Source of the DNA: Verrucomicrobiota bacterium
GTDB lineage: Bacteria; Verrucomicrobiota; Verrucomicrobiia; Limisphaerales; JADLHS01
Length of the DNA: 64,000 nucleotides
Reading direction: 5' to 3'
Assembly: GCA_013140495.1 (NCBI GenBank)
Contig: JABFSR010000168.1
Coordinates: forward strand, 15,122 to 79,121
Below, piece after piece: positions 1 through 10,000 of the stretch. Each line of letters opens with the position of its first letter. Position 1 is the stretch's first letter. Under the pieces are notes generated by a model. That model was not told the DNA's origin and did no database searches. It saw only the letters and a program-made list of their open reading frames with translations. Position numbers and translations under genes: made by a program.

Positions 1-227
1 CAGCCGATGGATTCCTGCTCGGTCGCGAGGCGAAAAGTATTTTGAGATTTCCACATACTTTTACCATCCCGATGGCGCATGTCAGGGTGGAATGAACCCG
101 CTGCAAATCATAAATGATACATGTCCTTCTCTCCCCTCCAAGACCTATTGCGGGGAGGGAGAGGGAGTCAAATGTCAGGGTCTTAAGTCCTCGCGGGACT
201 ATTGCCGACAATGAGGAATACAACCCT

Positions 228-2036
228 ATGATTTCCCAATTCTACTCGCGCACGCTGCTGCTATCGGTGCTGGTGTTGCTCGCGCCCCTGACCAGCCATG
301 CCCAATGGCTCACCCAATCCGTCGGCCTCAAAGCCGGCTGGAACGCCGTGTTTCTTCACGTGGATGCCTCGCATGACACACTCAATGCGCTCGTCGGCAG
401 CGTCAGCACCAACACCAATCCGATTCAGGAGGTCTGGCGCTGGAATCCGCCGTCGGTGGCGCAGTTCACCGACAACCCGGCGCTGCCCGTCGCCGCGCCC
501 GAGTGGACCAGTTGGAATCGCACCAATGCCGCCAGCGTTCTGCAACGGCTTGTCGGGGATTCCGCCTACCTCGTGCGCGTGGGATCGAACGTCGCCACTT
601 ACACGTGGAACGTCAAAGGCCGGCCCGTTGCGCCACGCCACGACTGGACCATCTCCGGATTGAACCTGATCGGCTTCTCCACGGTAACGAACAATCCAAC
701 CAACTTCCTGGCGTTCCTGGCCCAGGCGCCGGAACTTCAGTCCGCCACGCCCGAGATTTATTACTATCCGGGCGGGGATTTGGGATCCAACAACCCGGTC
801 GTGATTGCCTCTCCATTTCTGCAACAAATCAGGCCCGTCACGCGCGGGCAGGCCTTTTGGGTCCGCTCCGGCACGGTCTTCAACCGCTACTTCGGACCGT
901 TTGAAGTCGTGCAGTCCGGTGACAACGGCGTGGACTTCCAGGAAACTTCGAGCAGCTCCACCTTCCGTCTGCGCAACCTCACGGCCGGCCCGCTCACTGT
1001 CACGCTGCGACTGGGCACGTCCGAGACGTCGCCGCCCGGCCAGTCGAACATCGTGGCCGTGCCGCCGCTGTTGCTGCGGGGAAATCTGAATCTCACCAAC
1101 CTCACCTACAGCTACACCAACCTGCCCGTGAACAGCCCGCGCGCTTGGACACTGGCCGCGCGCGACCTTCCCGGCTCCGAAGTGGAAGTGGTGCTCGGCC
1201 TCAACCGCACGGCCATCACCAACGCTCCCGGCTCGTTGCTGGCGGGAATTCTCTCCTTCACGGATTCGCTCGGATTCACGCTCGTCCAGGTGCCCGTCTC
1301 CGCCACGGCAGCCTCCCGTGCCGGCCTGTGGGTGGGTGCCGCCTCCGTGACGCAGGTGAGCCAGTACCTCAAGTCCTATGCGCGCGACGCCACGAACAAT
1401 CTCGTCATCACGACCAACGGCAATTACGTCGTCACCAATCTGGATACGACGCTGGCCACGGTGCCCCGGGCTTATCCGCTGCGCTTGATCGTTCATAATC
1501 CCACCAACGGCAACGCCGTGCTGCTTCAGCGCGTGTATTACGGCTTCGACGCCACCACCAACGTCGTTGTTGCCAGCGGCGAGTCCGCGCTTCATCCGGG
1601 TTATCTTTCGGCGGCCCGGCGGATCAGCGCCACGCATCTGCCCTGGACCACGACCAACACCGTCTGGTCTTTGAGCGGCAACCTGGGGCTCCAAACCAAC
1701 CTCGCCGCCACCGTTACGCTCGGCCACGACGACCAGGCCGCGAACCCCTTCCTCCACACGTACCATCCAGACCACGACAATCTCGACTCCACCTTCAAGC
1801 AGGTGCTCCCGCGAGGCGCCGAGTCCTACACCGTGGTGCGCGCCATCACGCTCAACGTCCAGCCGCCGGCGAATGATTTTTCAAGTCTCGTGGCGGGCGC
1901 GCAAACCCTCACCGGCAACTATCTGGAAACGATCACGCTCCAGGGTCTCGGTGCCAGTGCCCGCGCCTACCAGGTGGGCGGCGTTTTCACCCTCAACCGC
2001 ATCAGCCAGGTGCCGGCCCTGACCCTCGCGCCATGA
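228..2036 (+). CDS. secreted protein of unknown function (first gene of the giant-protein cluster)
   Basis: Lies in ORF 114..2036. The ATG at 228 is preceded by GAGGA (213-217) and gives MISQFYSRTLLLSVLVLLAPLTSHA/Q, a classic signal peptide. Composition is Asn/Thr/Val-rich and beta-like. No family recognised. There is a distinctive NPFLHTYHPDHDN motif near the C-terminus. Confidence 0.7.
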   Translation: MISQFYSRTLLLSVLVLLAPLTSHAQWLTQSVGLKAGWNAVFLHVDASHDTLNALVGSVSTNTNPIQEVWRWNPPSVAQFTDNPALPVAAPEWTSWNRTNAASVLQRLVGDSAYLVRVGSNVATYTWNVKGRPVAPRHDWTISGLNLIGFSTVTNNPTNFLAFLAQAPELQSATPEIYYYPGGDLGSNNPVVIASPFLQQIRPVTRGQAFWVRSGTVFNRYFGPFEVVQSGDNGVDFQETSSSSTFRLRNLTAGPLTVTLRLGTSETSPPGQSNIVAVPPLLLRGNLNLTNLTYSYTNLPVNSPRAWTLAARDLPGSEVEVVLGLNRTAITNAPGSLLAGILSFTDSLGFTLVQVPVSATAASRAGLWVGAASVTQVSQYLKSYARDATNNLVITTNGNYVVTNLDTTLATVPRAYPLRLIVHNPTNGNAVLLQRVYYGFDATTNVVVASGESALHPGYLSAARRISATHLPWTTTNTVWSLSGNLGLQTNLAATVTLGHDDQAANPFLHTYHPDHDNLDSTFKQVLPRGAESYTVVRAITLNVQPPANDFSSLVAGAQTLTGNYLETITLQGLGASARAYQVGGVFTLNRISQVPALTLAP

Positions 2037-2040
2037 ACCA

Positions 2041-2075
2041 AAAGTCCAAAGTCCAAAGTCCAAAGTCTAAAGTCC
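2041..2075. repeat. tandem heptamer repeat (AAAGTCC x5)
   Basis: Read directly: aaagtcc aaagtcc aaagtcc aaagtct aaagtcc. It continues as a looser 7-nt periodic tract (gagactc aagacct caaacac gagactg ...) to about 2155. Confidence 0.9.
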
Positions 2076-2173
2076 TTCGCGACGTGAGACTCAAGACCTC
2101 AAACACGAGACTGCGAACGCGAGACCCCAGCCCCGAGACTCCCGAACCAAACCCGCTTGAAGCTGGCTTGCCC

Positions 2174-2387
2174 AATCCCAAAGGGATTGAGTCCTCCAGC
2201 CCAGGGTTGCAAGGAACGAGCTACCCTGGGAATTCCATCGCGAAGAATCCTCAACCCCAAAGGGGTTGTGGCGAGGGTCAAGGTCGCAGGCCGCAACCCC
2301 GTTGGGGTTGGAATCTTCGCGCGATGCGGCCCCAGGGTAGCTCGTTCCTCGCAACCCTGGGCTTTGAGTCGGAATCCCTTTGGGATT
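2174..2387. repeat. 214-bp structured palindromic intergenic element (MITE/REP-like)
   Basis: Left arm 2174-2230 (aatcccaaagggattgagtcctccagcccagggttgcaaggaacgagctaccctggg) is the near reverse complement of right arm 2331-2387. The centre holds nested palindromes caaccccaaaggggttg and gcaaccccgttggggttg. Imperfect 20-bp direct repeats flank it at 2135-2155 and 2430-2451. The ORF-track translations across it (LQGTSYPG..., RATLG...) are repeat artefacts. Confidence 0.85.
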
Positions 2388-2528
2388 CGGACCCGCGACG
2401 CCCGATCCAATTCTCCGGACACCAGACTTCAGACTCCCGACCCAAAACCCGAGATTGATTTACCCCTTATGAAAAAACTTTCTTTCCATTCTCTCGATCA
2501 ACGTCCACTGCAAACCAAACACAGTACC

Positions 2529-4013
2529 ATGAACAAACTCCAACTCCTCCCGACGACAAGGCAGAAGGCAGAAAGTAGAAGGCAGAAATTCATTTCCGCC
2601 TTCTGCTTTCCCAATTTCAGCTTTTCCCCGGCATTTCTGCTTTCTGCTTTCTGCTTTCTACTTTCCCCCCTGGTCGCGCTGGCCCAGGCCAACGCCAACC
2701 CGCCCGAGCGCCTGACCTACCAGGGCTTCCTCGCGGATGGCAACGGCGTCGCGCTCGCCACCAATGCGCCGAAGAACTACGACGTGGTCTTCCGCATCTG
2801 GGATGGACAGACCGGCGGCACCAACGCGTGGACCGAGCAGCAAACCGTGACGGTGGACAAGGGCTTCTTCAGCGTCCTGCTCGGCGAAGGCACGCAAGTC
2901 ACCTCCCCGGCCACGGAGCCGCACGGCGCCCTGTCCACGCTGTTTACGAACGCCACCGCCTCGGATCGTTATGTGGAGATGACCGTCAAGGGGATTGGCG
3001 CGGCCGGCGCCGATGTGAAAATCTTGCCCCGGTTGCGGCTGCTCACCGCGCCTTACGCCTACCTGGCCACCAAGGCGATCAGCGCGAATAGCGTGGATGG
3101 CGGCGCGGTGACCTCGGGCACCGTTCCCGATGTGCGCTTGAGCCCCAACGTGGCGCTCCTCAACTTGGCGCAGACGTTTACGGCCATCCCCACCTTTGGC
3201 TCCGGCCTCAGATTTAGTTCCAGCATTCAATCCATCGGCGGCAATGCGCGCGGTGGAAACTCCGTGGATCTCCAGACCGAGCGCAGTGGCGTGAACTCCG
3301 CCGTGGCCAGTGGCCCTTATTGTGTGATCGGCGGTGGCGCGGGCAACACAGCCAGCGGATATGCTGCGACCGTGGCCGGTGGATATTTCAACACTGCCGC
3401 CGGCGATTTCAGCTTTGCCGCAGGAGCCAACGCCAAGGCCAACCACGCTGGTTCCTTTGTCTGGGCGGATTGGCAAGCAGCCGACTTTGCCTCAACCACC
3501 GCCAATCAATTCCTCATCCGCGCCGTGGGCGGGGTGGGCATCGGCACGACCACGCCAGCCGCCGCGCTGGATGTCAACGGCAGTGTCTTCGCGGGCGGGG
3601 CGGCTAACGCAAGTCGCTTCCTCATAACCGGCAACCAAATCCAGCAATACGCCAACGGAACACCGTCCGACATGAACCTGAATTACAACGGTGGCAATGT
3701 TTACGTTAGGCAAAAACCCGCCGCAGTCGGCGAAGAAGTCCTTCGCATCGTGCGGGGCTCGGTGGACATCAACGGCGTCACGCAGGCAGGCTCTGGTTAC
3801 ACCAGCCAGAGCCTTGGCGGCGGTTTTTACAAGATCACGTTTGCATCTCCGTTTGGCAGCATGCCTACCGTTACCGTCAGCGGCCGTACAAGCAGGGCCA
3901 TTTCGCTGTCAGTAGACCCGGTTACGACGACAAATTTTACTGTGTCGTTTCATATAGCGCAGACTGGAGATCAATTAAGCGCCTTCGGATTCATCGCCAT
4001 CGGCCCGCGCTAA
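2529..4013 (+). CDS. secreted tail-fibre-like / YadA-head-like repeat protein
   Basis: In frame with ORF 2157..4013. The upstream part of that ORF is the palindromic repeat, so the start is more likely ATG 2529 (MNKLQ...) or ATG 2469. A signal-like segment ...AFLLSAFCFLLSPLVALAQA/NANPPE is present. The N-domain PERLTYQGFLADGNG...VVFRIWD...EQQTVTVDKGFFSVLLG resembles tail-fibre N-domains. A Gly/Ala/Asn repeat GGGAGNTASGYAATVAGGYFNTAAGDFSFAAGANAKANHAGSFVWAD resembles adhesin-head or tail-fibre repeats. Confidence 0.65.
   Translation: MNKLQLLPTTRQKAESRRQKFISAFCFPNFSFSPAFLLSAFCFLLSPLVALAQANANPPERLTYQGFLADGNGVALATNAPKNYDVVFRIWDGQTGGTNAWTEQQTVTVDKGFFSVLLGEGTQVTSPATEPHGALSTLFTNATASDRYVEMTVKGIGAAGADVKILPRLRLLTAPYAYLATKAISANSVDGGAVTSGTVPDVRLSPNVALLNLAQTFTAIPTFGSGLRFSSSIQSIGGNARGGNSVDLQTERSGVNSAVASGPYCVIGGGAGNTASGYAATVAGGYFNTAAGDFSFAAGANAKANHAGSFVWADWQAADFASTTANQFLIRAVGGVGIGTTTPAAALDVNGSVFAGGAANASRFLITGNQIQQYANGTPSDMNLNYNGGNVYVRQKPAAVGEEVLRIVRGSVDINGVTQAGSGYTSQSLGGGFYKITFASPFGSMPTVTVSGRTSRAISLSVDPVTTTNFTVSFHIAQTGDQLSAFGFIAIGPR
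2559..2667. repeat. 7-nt-periodic hairpin element (CAGAAAG / CTTTCTG arms)
   Basis: aggcagaaggcagaaagtagaaggcagaaa (2559-2588) is opposed by tccgccttctgctttc (2595-2610) and atttctgctttctgctttctgctttctactttcc (2633-2667). It shares the 22-nt core gcagaaagtagaaggcagaaat with the element at 4085-4174. Confidence 0.8.
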
Positions 4014-4054
4014 GGGAAATGGTTCACCCGCAATGAAACCATCATCCTGAATTT

Positions 4055-7000
4055 ATGAACCGGCATCTCCGCACCCCGCAGCCAAAGCAGAAAGCAGAAA
4101 GTAGAAGGCAGAAATCCATTTCAGCTTTCTGCTCCTCCCCCTTTCTCCTTTCTGCTTTCAGCTTTCTGCTTTTCCCCCTGGGCGCGCGCGGCCCGTGGAA
4201 TAAGTTGGTCCTGGCTGTGGTCGCCTCGGCGCTGCTGTATTCCACGGGCCGAGCCCAAACAATCAGTCTGCCTCTGGAATTTCGCCAGAGCGCCATTCTC
4301 TACAACTTCCAGGCGCAGCGCGGCGTGCCCATCTCCACCACCGTCAATACGAACATTGGCTCCGACGGCCGGATGACCAATTTCAACGAGTCCCTTACCG
4401 CCGGAGGCGTAATCCATTCGGCAGAGCTGCCGACCACGAACCAGTTTCGCGGTTTCATCTCGTTCGGCGGCATTCCGGGATTGACGCAACCCGGGTGGCT
4501 GGCGGCGAGCAATTCCCCGCTGCTCAACGGCTCGAATGTCTTCTCCGGTACGGTGGCGGTGGCGATGGGGCTGCCGCTGGGTACTTCCAACAATCTGGCG
4601 GGTGGCCCGGTGGCCATCATCCTGCGCCGGGGTCAGATTGGCGCGCCGTACCTGAGCCGGCAGGTGTCGTTCCCCTTCGGCAGCATCGTCGAGGTGCCGG
4701 CCACGGACGAGAGAGGGATTATACTGACCAACATCGCCAGCACCGCCTATTGGTTGCCGCAGCCCTACACCACCAACAACCACAGCGATTCCGGCTATTA
4801 CTGGAGCCCGAACGCGGGGAAGGTCTATGCCATCCAGGCGGGGCCGTTGCAGGTCACCTGGATCAAGGCGGCCTACACGAACGGCGTGCCGTTTGATTAC
4901 GCCACGAATGCCGGCAGCTATTTGCTGATAGGCGGCAACTATTTCCGGCTCTACACCGCCGGCTACGTCGTTTCCGGCAGCACGATCAAACCGCCGCGCA
5001 AGATGTACTGGACGGAGAAAACTTTTCATAATCTCGGAAAACCGGTGGCGGTGCCGGCGGCCCGCGTGGGTGCCGTGGTCATCGCGTACAACAAGGATTT
5101 CCTGGGCACGGTGAGCGAGGCGGATCGCTACGTCGAGCCGGGCGAAACCAATCCCGGTGGCACCACCAACCAGGTGCTGCATGAACTTCGGACCTTATGG
5201 TATGACCAGCAGCAGGGTTCCATTCTGGCCTACAACCGCGAGGGCCGGGTCTTTCTGGAACTGCTCGGCGACCTGCGGCCGGATGGCCTGACCCGCGAGC
5301 AACTGGGCTTTGAGATTGTGGACGTGGCCAAAAACCCCGGCCCGCTGGATGTGACCTCCGAACTCGGAGAGCTTATTCAACCGCCGTCGCCCGGCTCACT
5401 GGCGGCGAACACCCCCGAACCGGTCCTGCAAGCCGGCGGGCAGACCTTCGCCTACCAGCAATTCGTGGCGGGCAGCAGCCGGCTCAATCTTTATGCGACG
5501 AGAGAGACGGCCAACCTGAACGATTACCTGGTCCACTGGATGGAGGCGGGTGAAGTGGGCTTGCTCTGGCCAAAGTATCTGGGCCGTTACCGATTGATCT
5601 GGCCGACGGATGCGGCCAAGTACAGCCACTACGTGCGGCCCCTGGTGGCCACCGATGCCGAGGCCCGGGCCACCGCCGTGCCGCTGCCCACCGCCAATGC
5701 GCCCACCATTGATTACCAGGACCCGTTGGATCAGGTGCGCGGCAAGCTCACCGAGACGTTTGCCTACTACAGCTTCCTGACTACCAGCTACCCGGCACAC
5801 CGAGCACTCCTGCGGTTCAGCACCGGGGAGGAAGTGGCGTTCGAACGCGTCTTCTCCTGGCTGGATGTAAACCTCAAGACGACCAATTTCGTGGACACCG
5901 TTGTCACCAACCTGGCCGCATGGAATCCGACGAACAACACGCTCCAATTTGCCGATGGCCTGAAGGCTCCGCGCGTGATCAACCAGACGGTGGATGTGGG
6001 TGCGCGTATCACTGCGCCCGCGGGCGAACCGGGCGAGACCACAAATTATCTGGCCGGACATATCAACCTGAGCGCGGGCACCCTGTTCAATACGAACGCC
6101 TACGCCGACCCGTTTGCGAGCGGCTTTGAGGTGGCGGATCTGAGCGCAATCATTCCGGTCAATGCCATACCCGGCACGAACAATCTTGAGGTCTGGTGGT
6201 TTCGCACGAATGCGCCGGGCGCGGGTGCCAACGCGGCGAACGCCGCGCTGGGTTTCCTGCCGGTCTATTGGCCGTCGGTCCTCGGTCGCTACTCGATCCA
6301 GTGGCCGGCCAGTCCGCGCGAAATCGTGCTGGCCAGCAAACTGGGCAGCGGCACGCTCGACACCTTCGAGGCCGGCGGCAACATTTATTATCAGAACAAT
6401 CCGGCCTTGCCCGGCTACAACCCGAACGAGGAACACGCGATCATGTCCGGCGGCACGGCTTACGCCACGCGTGACGATCTGAATCTCAGCAGTTCGTCGG
6501 AGCCTTTCGTGCTGGTTAATTACACGGCGGCGGATGGCCGCCCGGCGATGTCCGTCTTCAAGGTGCTTCGGGAAAAGCCGGCGGCGGGCTGGGTCTTCGA
6601 CTACATCGTTCCGGCGGGCCAGCTTCTGCAAGCGCCCATGCCCCTGCCATTGCTCGCCAAACCCGTCGAGGGCAGCGGTGACAACGCCATCAACTACAAC
6701 ACCGAACCCACCGGCGGCGCAGGGGATCTTCCCGGCGCGTGGCTGGCGGCGAACGGAGCCAGTGGCGTCTATTCCAGTTACGCGCAGTTCACCTACCGTG
6801 ACCGTCACCAGGATTTCTGGGTCTATCGCGGCCTGCACGCGGGATTGCCGGTGCTGGAAGCGGGCATGTATATCCCGACGAACGGGACTTTCGTGGCGCT
6901 CTCCAATGCCACCGCCGTCGTCGGACAACCGTTCGCCCTGAGCGTTCATGCCTCGCGGGAGTACCAGTATCTGGCCCTGACAGTTTCGAACACTCCGAGC

Positions 7001-10000
7001 TGGCTCAATGTCAGTAGCGCCACGAATTTGCCGCTGACGCTTACGGGCACGCCCGCGACGACCAATGATATTGGCACGAACACGATTCAGCTCGTCGTCA
7101 GCGATCTCTACGATCAGAGCCGCGTGACGAACAACGTCACGCTCCGGGTCATCGCCAGCGGCACCGTCGTTGCCCAAGGCCCGCTGTTGCTCCCCAGTAC
7201 GAACAGCTACACCGGCACGATCGTGAATTTCTCGAATCGTCCGCCGTTCCTCGCCCTTTCGCCGAATCCCTCAAACAGTTTCTCGATGCGCTATTACTAC
7301 AAGACGGAGCCAAGTTTCGCCTGGCCGGGCGCGATCAGCCCGCCAGCCGCAGGCAGCATCGTGCCCTACCTGCGCCCCGGCAGTGTCGGCGCCTATGTTG
7401 GCAATGGCGCGGCCAAGACCGACCCCGCGCTGGACATCGTCTATCGCCCGGTCTGGCCGGTGCGCGATCCGGCCGACTCGACCCAGCCGCTGCCCACGAT
7501 TCCCTACGGTCTGACGCTGGTGCAGCCGCAACTGGGCCTGCCGGGAGTGGGAGATTGGAAGACAGCCCGCGTGATTTACCAGCAGTCCATCGCCGCGAAT
7601 CTCCTCAGCAACCATGTCTCCGTGGTGTTGCATGATCCGACGCGGGGAAAGATCGCCGGCCTCACGAACTTCGGAATGCAGGAACTGCCGGCCAGCGTTC
7701 GTGCAGAATCTTTTCAGGGCAAATTCTTCTTCCCGGACCTGCCGCCGCATCTGGCCAAACGATTTTACTTTGACCCGAACGTGGGCGGCAAAGGCAGTCT
7801 GGTGTTCATCGGGGAATTCAAGGATGAAACCGTCGGCGAAGACTACCTGCTCCTGAATGTGCTGCGCGGTTCGGACCTGACCAACGTCATCAACCTTTGT
7901 CCGGTGGCGGACACGGTTAATTTCCCCAAGTGGTCGAATGCCATAAACGGGCTTGCGACCGCAGTGCAGACCTTTTACGAAAACCCGAGCGTGCCCGGCA
8001 CCTACATCCCGAACCCCAACCTGACGGTTTCGGTGGGCGTGCAGGACCTGGCCGAAGTGTCGGGCGACAATGTGGCGGTGGATTCCTACGCCCTGAGCGC
8101 CATGGGGCCGGGCAGCGGTTACTTGACACTCGTCGAATCCGGCGGAAGCGCCTTCACCCAACCCGGCGACCCGGTTGCGCTGCATGTTTTCAAAGTGGGC
8201 GGCTCGTTGCACCCGGGCCAGATGAAGGTCATCCCCTCCGAGAACCCGTTGAGCGAACTGGTCACATTCCAGCACACGCCGGATCTGGCCGGACGTTTCA
8301 GCGAGTATGAATACGAGTGGAAAATCGCCGCGCCCGTGGATGGCCTGCCCCCGACGATTGACGCGACCATGTCCCAGTACCTTGCCCTGACCTCGGGCAC
8401 CAATCAGCCGCGCTACACCCTGGGCGGCGCGAACATCCAGGTGCTCGGCGACAATTACCTCGTGCTGCGCTACCGGCCGATCAAACCAAACCATCCGCTG
8501 TACAACCAATGGTCCGAGTGGACCACGCCGCAACTTGCCGAGGGTTGGATCAAGCGCGTGCTCGCCGGCATCAATCCCTTCAACCAGCGTACCAGTGATC
8601 TCTTCAACAACGCCGCCAATACGGACGCCAGCATCCTCACCGCAGCCGGTCATCGTTGGGAGGGCGACGTGGCGCTGAATCTGGATAGCATCAACAAGTA
8701 TGGACTGATCGAGATTTACGAGACGGTGCTGCGGCGCGGGCGCAAGATCAGCATCGAGTCCGGATACAACTATGGCCCCGCCAACGACGCGCTCCTGCTG
8801 GCGGCGGGTTATTTGAACGATCTCTACATGATGGAAGGCAACGAAGCCTGGGCTGACGCAGCCAACCCCACCATCGGCATCGGCACCGCCAACAACACTT
8901 ACGGCGACATCGCCACCGCGCTCTTTGCTTTCAAGGGCCAGGAGCCGTCGCTGCTCGAGGAGGAACTGGCCCTGTTGCGCGGGCGCGACGATTTCCTGCA
9001 ACCCGGCGTGAGCTTCGCGCCGTTCTACAATCGCCTCGTTTGGAATTACACCCGGGGCATTGACGCCGGCGAAGTCATCTACGCCCTCAATTACAACATC
9101 CAGGAGAACCCCAACGTAACGCCCGACGGCGTGATCAACGCCGAGGATGCCGCGCGGATGTTCCCGCAAGGGCACGGCGATGCCTACGGTCACTATCTCA
9201 CCGCGCTCAAGGGTTACTATTCGCTGCTGCTGAATGACAACTTCGACTGGGTGCCGCGCATCGAGGCCGTGACCGTGCTCGGCGTGCCGGTCTCGGTGGA
9301 TTATCAGGACGAACGCAAATTCGCCGCCGCCGCCGCCGCGTTGGGGCGCGCGGGCCGCCAGTCGTTCGACTTGACGTGGCGCAAGGATTACCAGCCCGGC
9401 CATGCCACCGGTTGGACGCAATTCTCCGCCACGCGCGAAAATACTCAGCGCACCTACACCAACCTGGTCGGCACCGCGGTCCATCCCATCCGCTATTGGG
9501 GACTGGATCACTGGGCCAGCCGCACCGGTCAGGGAGACTATCTCAACTGGGTGGTGGGCAATGCCATTCTGCCTGCGGTGGACCCGAATCCCACGCACGA
9601 AGGCATCCAGAAAATTGACCGCACGACGGTCCCGGAACTTACCGAACTGACGACCATGGCCGCCGATCTGCAAACGGCGCTGGATAACGCCGAAGGCGGT
9701 CTCACGCCGCTGGGCCTTCCAGCCGGCAGCCTGGCTCTGGACATCAATCCCAACGTGGTGGTCGGCCCTGACAACGGCACGCACTTCGAGCAGATCTATG
9801 GTCGCGCCAAGGTCACGCTCAACAACGCCGTGGCCGCCTTTGACGACGCCAAGGATGTGACCCGGCTGATGCGTTCGGAGCAGGACTCGCTGGCTGATTT
9901 CCAGGCCGGGGTCGCGCGCCAGGAACTGGCCTACACCAACGCGCTGATCGAGCTTTACGGCACGCCTTACCCCGATGACGTCGGGCCGGGGAAGACCTAC

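Noticed and set aside
1-80. A possible 5' end of a divergently transcribed minus-strand gene (ATG at 80-78, reading MRHRDGKSMWKSQNTFRLATEQESIG...).
   Set aside because: Only 26 codons are visible. There is no motif and no way to judge coding potential.
2157-2528. The N-terminal extension of ORF 2157..4013, and ORFs 2033..2458, 2091..2354 - and 2099..2422 -, translating as ...LQGTSYPG..., ...RATLG..., ...NPFGI....
   Set aside because: These read through the 214-bp palindromic element in several frames and on both strands at once. That is a property of the repeat and does not indicate a gene.
2041-4174. Possible CRISPR array, suggested by the short periodic repeats.
   Set aside because: The repeat unit is 7 nt and tandem or inverted, with no 25-40 nt repeats separated by unique spacers. 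No cas genes are present in the window.
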